Shown piece after piece: positions 61,433-64,000 of a stretch of 64,000 nt of DNA (the first letter of the stretch is position 1; every line of letters begins with the position of its first letter). The stretch spans positions 4,957 to 68,956 of the forward strand of contig DAQA01000029.1 in NCBI GenBank assembly GCA_002502685.1, written 5' to 3'. Both the position numbers and the translations under genes were made by a program. This DNA is from Euryarchaeota archaeon UBA202. Lineage in GTDB: Archaea; Thermoplasmatota; E2; UBA202. The notes below the pieces were generated by a model. It was not told where the DNA came from, searched no databases, and saw only the letters and a program-made list of their open reading frames with translations.

Positions 61433-61846
61433 TTGAGTGTTTTTAAAGGATAAGAGTCAAAACAATATTGAGAGGTGGGGGAGGGGATAACAATATAACT
61501 TTTTGTTATTTCCCCCAATTTTTAAGCCTCATTCCTCTCACCCATGATATTTACCCTATTGTTTATAAATATTTTGTGTACTGGACTTGACAAAACTAAA
61601 AGAGAAAGATATAAATATTCTGGAATTGTGATAAAATCTGGGGAGGGTTGAATAACCCTACATTAAGATTTGTTTTCAGGGTTCATTTTCGAGCCTCCAC
61701 TCATCACCCTCCCCACTTTTCTGTACCAGGATGAGATAGTTCCCTTTATCCTTCCCCAAATCTATCTGCATTACCACAAATAGTAAATATTTTAACTACA
61801 TTTTTCTATCAGTCTTTATGGATATGAATAAAGGAGGAAGGTGATA

Positions 61847-61963
61847 TGAGTAAAGCCAAGGGCAGAAAAGATATGGCTCCAGGAAAGAAACCTGTGCCTT
61901 TAACAAAGAAGGAAAGAAAGGAACGTAAGAGAAAAAGAAAAGAAAAACATGCCTTGCGATGAA
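61847..61963 (+). CDS. Small Lys/Arg-rich basic protein (38 aa) with a strong Shine-Dalgarno-like GGAGG 8 nt upstream.
   Basis: aaaGGAGGaaggtgatATG. MSKAKGRKDMAPGKKPVPLTKKERKERKRKRKEKHALR. Confidence 0.3.
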
Positions 61964-62268
61964 TGCATGCGGATACTGTCCTTATCAACCCTAATTCAAC
62001 AATCCATGTTTTAACAGATATAGAATAGATGCCAAAAACCAAACAGGGAAGGCAATTTAATAACTTAATACCTGGAAAAGGAGGTGAGAGAGGCAGCTGT
62101 GGAGGTAAAAAAAATAATGATTTTTTGGAGGAAATAAAAATATTAAATCATATATTTTACTACCTCTCTCAAACCTACGATATTTTTAATTATTTATAAT
62201 TGTTTCTATAATAAATATAAGAATTAAATAGTTATAATCTTATATATTATAGAAAAAATAAGGAAAAT

Positions 62269-62967
62269 ATGAATGATTGGGAAAATGATTATGTTAAGTG
62301 TCCTAAGTGTCATTGTACCAATAGGATGAAGGGGGAGTATGATTTCATTATTGATGATTCCAGGATTGGTGTTTTTATTGTGGGGTATGTGTGCCAATGG
62401 CCTGAGTGTTGGGGTAAGCTCATTGATTATAGACACTCTAATCTCAGCCCCTTAGTGTATCAATTGGGAGAGGATGAAGATTTAAGTGAACCAGGTTTAA
62501 TTAAAGAGATTCGTTTCTATCTATTTCTTAGGATGTATTGGATGGGGGAGATAGTACGGTTTCCCCATAGTGGCAAGAGTATGATTCATAGTTTTGATAT
62601 TGAAGCCCATGATCTTGATGGGAATAATTATTTTTTGGAGATTGTGAGTACCTATCGGGATCAGGGTGGCTTTCGGTTACAGACATATAATAAGGATCGG
62701 AGGGAACGGTTAGAGATTGCAAAGGAGTGTGGGAATGGCGGGGATGTATATCCCTTTATCATCTTTGAGTTGCCCTATAAGGGTGGCCAAGAGTGGTATG
62801 GCCTCCCAGTTACCTCTCGTTCAAAGTTCCTGGACTATACCTCGGATTTGAGGCTTTCGAAGAAGCTGAAGCGTAAAATTTTGCGATTATCAAAAATGAA
62901 GGAAATTGAAATTCATCAATCTGTTGTAAGTATGTATCAGGGTAAAACCACAATTACCCGATCTTAG
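62269..62967 (+). CDS. Hypothetical protein with an N-terminal zinc ribbon (CPKCHC...CQWPEC), in a locally GC-richer segment.
   Basis: ORF plus a Cys4 ribbon. No family recognised. Confidence 0.4.
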   Translation: MNDWENDYVKCPKCHCTNRMKGEYDFIIDDSRIGVFIVGYVCQWPECWGKLIDYRHSNLSPLVYQLGEDEDLSEPGLIKEIRFYLFLRMYWMGEIVRFPHSGKSMIHSFDIEAHDLDGNNYFLEIVSTYRDQGGFRLQTYNKDRRERLEIAKECGNGGDVYPFIIFELPYKGGQEWYGLPVTSRSKFLDYTSDLRLSKKLKRKILRLSKMKEIEIHQSVVSMYQGKTTITRS

Positions 62968-63278
62968 CCACTCGTCATATGATTGATGTGGTACTATCTA
63001 TATGGTTGTGGTGACACCCCATTTTTACCCCTTGGGATTTTGGAGTTAATATTTACTTCGTAAATATCCGCATTTTTTCCCCCTATTTTTACCCTAATCT
63101 TGCTTTTTTGAGGGTTAATTAGGGTATAGTGGAGTATTCCGGGGAATAGTGGGCATAAGGGGTTATAGATGGAATAAAGGTGGCTTATTGAGGGTTATTC
63201 AGGGGTGTACCAATGAGATTGTTTTTGTCAAGTTGAGTAAACAAACCTATTATATATCCATTAGGCTTAATTGCAATA

Positions 63279-63824
63279 TTGGAGGCAAAAAATATGAATA
63301 AAAAAATAGTAGGCATGTTGGTTAGCATGCTATTGATTATAGTTGCTACTTTACCAGTAATGGGGATAATAGATAAGCCAGTGGTATCGAAGAATGAAAA
63401 TTTGGTAATGGAATCAGCTTCATCTCCTCTAATAGGATTTAATAAATTTGAGGAAGAATCTGCGTCTCTGATAGCATCTGCAGAGGTATATACTAACAAA
63501 TTTTTATATCAAATAGGTGAATCCATTGATATTACTTTTTTGAATACAGGAACCTCTACTCTCAGTCTTGGAGGATCCCCCTGGTATCAAATGTGGAGAT
63601 TTCATTTTATTGGAGGGTTTGGCTGGGAAAAACTTTATCCTGATTTTGTTCATCCAATACTTATCTTTGTTCAAGCTGGAGAATTTATGACGGAAACTTG
63701 GGATCAGGAAGACTCAAATGGCAATCAAGTCCCTATGGGATTTTATCGAATAGATGTACCTTGTTCAGGCAATGGAAATCAGCTAACCGCTTATGATTAT
63801 TTCTTGATTCTTCTTCCACCATAA
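63279..63824 (+). CDS. Secreted hypothetical protein.
   Basis: Signal peptide MNKKIVGMLVSMLLIIVATLPVMG. Confidence 0.4.
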   Translation: MEAKNMNKKIVGMLVSMLLIIVATLPVMGIIDKPVVSKNENLVMESASSPLIGFNKFEEESASLIASAEVYTNKFLYQIGESIDITFLNTGTSTLSLGGSPWYQMWRFHFIGGFGWEKLYPDFVHPILIFVQAGEFMTETWDQEDSNGNQVPMGFYRIDVPCSGNGNQLTAYDYFLILLPP

Positions 63825-64000
63825 ATAAAAGCATGAAATAAATAAGTATTGCACATCTGTTCCCAATCCTAAGATAAATTCTGTTGTTTTTAGGATAATC
63901 CTCTTAACAACCTCCTCTTCCTTTTTCTTTTTTATTTTTCTATACTTTCTTTACTCTACACTTTTTTATACCTTTTATCCTGTGTCTGAGCTGTACCCAA

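Overview
This window reads as an archaeal chromosomal segment with low GC content, coding densely on both strands. The assignment to Archaea rests on aIF5A, aTrm56, MtrA/MtrH homologues, the lower mevalonate pathway in its archaeal alternative (aconitase-X) form, and many N-glycosylation sequons in the secreted proteins. It holds five readable blocks. (1) An extracellular proteolysis island at about 1-24.7 kb with clan-CD C25 gingipain-like peptidases, a papain C1 peptidase and a secreted CPYC thioredoxin, all ending in a shared C-terminal PKD module. The same island carries a Zn-metallopeptidase, a membrane-tethered ArsR regulator, and a 1,470-aa alpha-2-macroglobulin-like thioester (GCGEQ) protein. 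A Ca/Na antiporter, an APC amino-acid permease and ThiD-methyltransferase/TenA thiamine-salvage genes are interspersed, and an S2P protease plus a second C25 peptidase follow at 28.6-32.9 kb. (2) A tightly coupled MetF-like, MtrA-like, MtrH-like, core-MetE operon (24.9-28.5 kb). (3) A housekeeping block (aIF5A, agmatinase, PdxT, HD protein, aTrm56) followed by mvk, a UbiD-like decarboxylase, the two aconitase-X dehydratase subunits, IPK, IDI2 and GGPP synthase. (4) A PHP-domain gene followed by the pstSCAB-phoU-phoU phosphate operon. (5) A plastic accessory region (52.5-64 kb) with a DDE transposase and hairpin/terminal repeats. This region also holds decayed paralogues, an in-frame TAG inside a MAM/dockerin-like gene, repeated promoter modules, and cargo genes for secreted proteins. 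I found no rRNA, tRNA or CRISPR array by eye. Coordinates follow the supplied ORF track; features I derived by hand may be off by one or two bases. All family calls rest on motif recognition in the translations and on no search.
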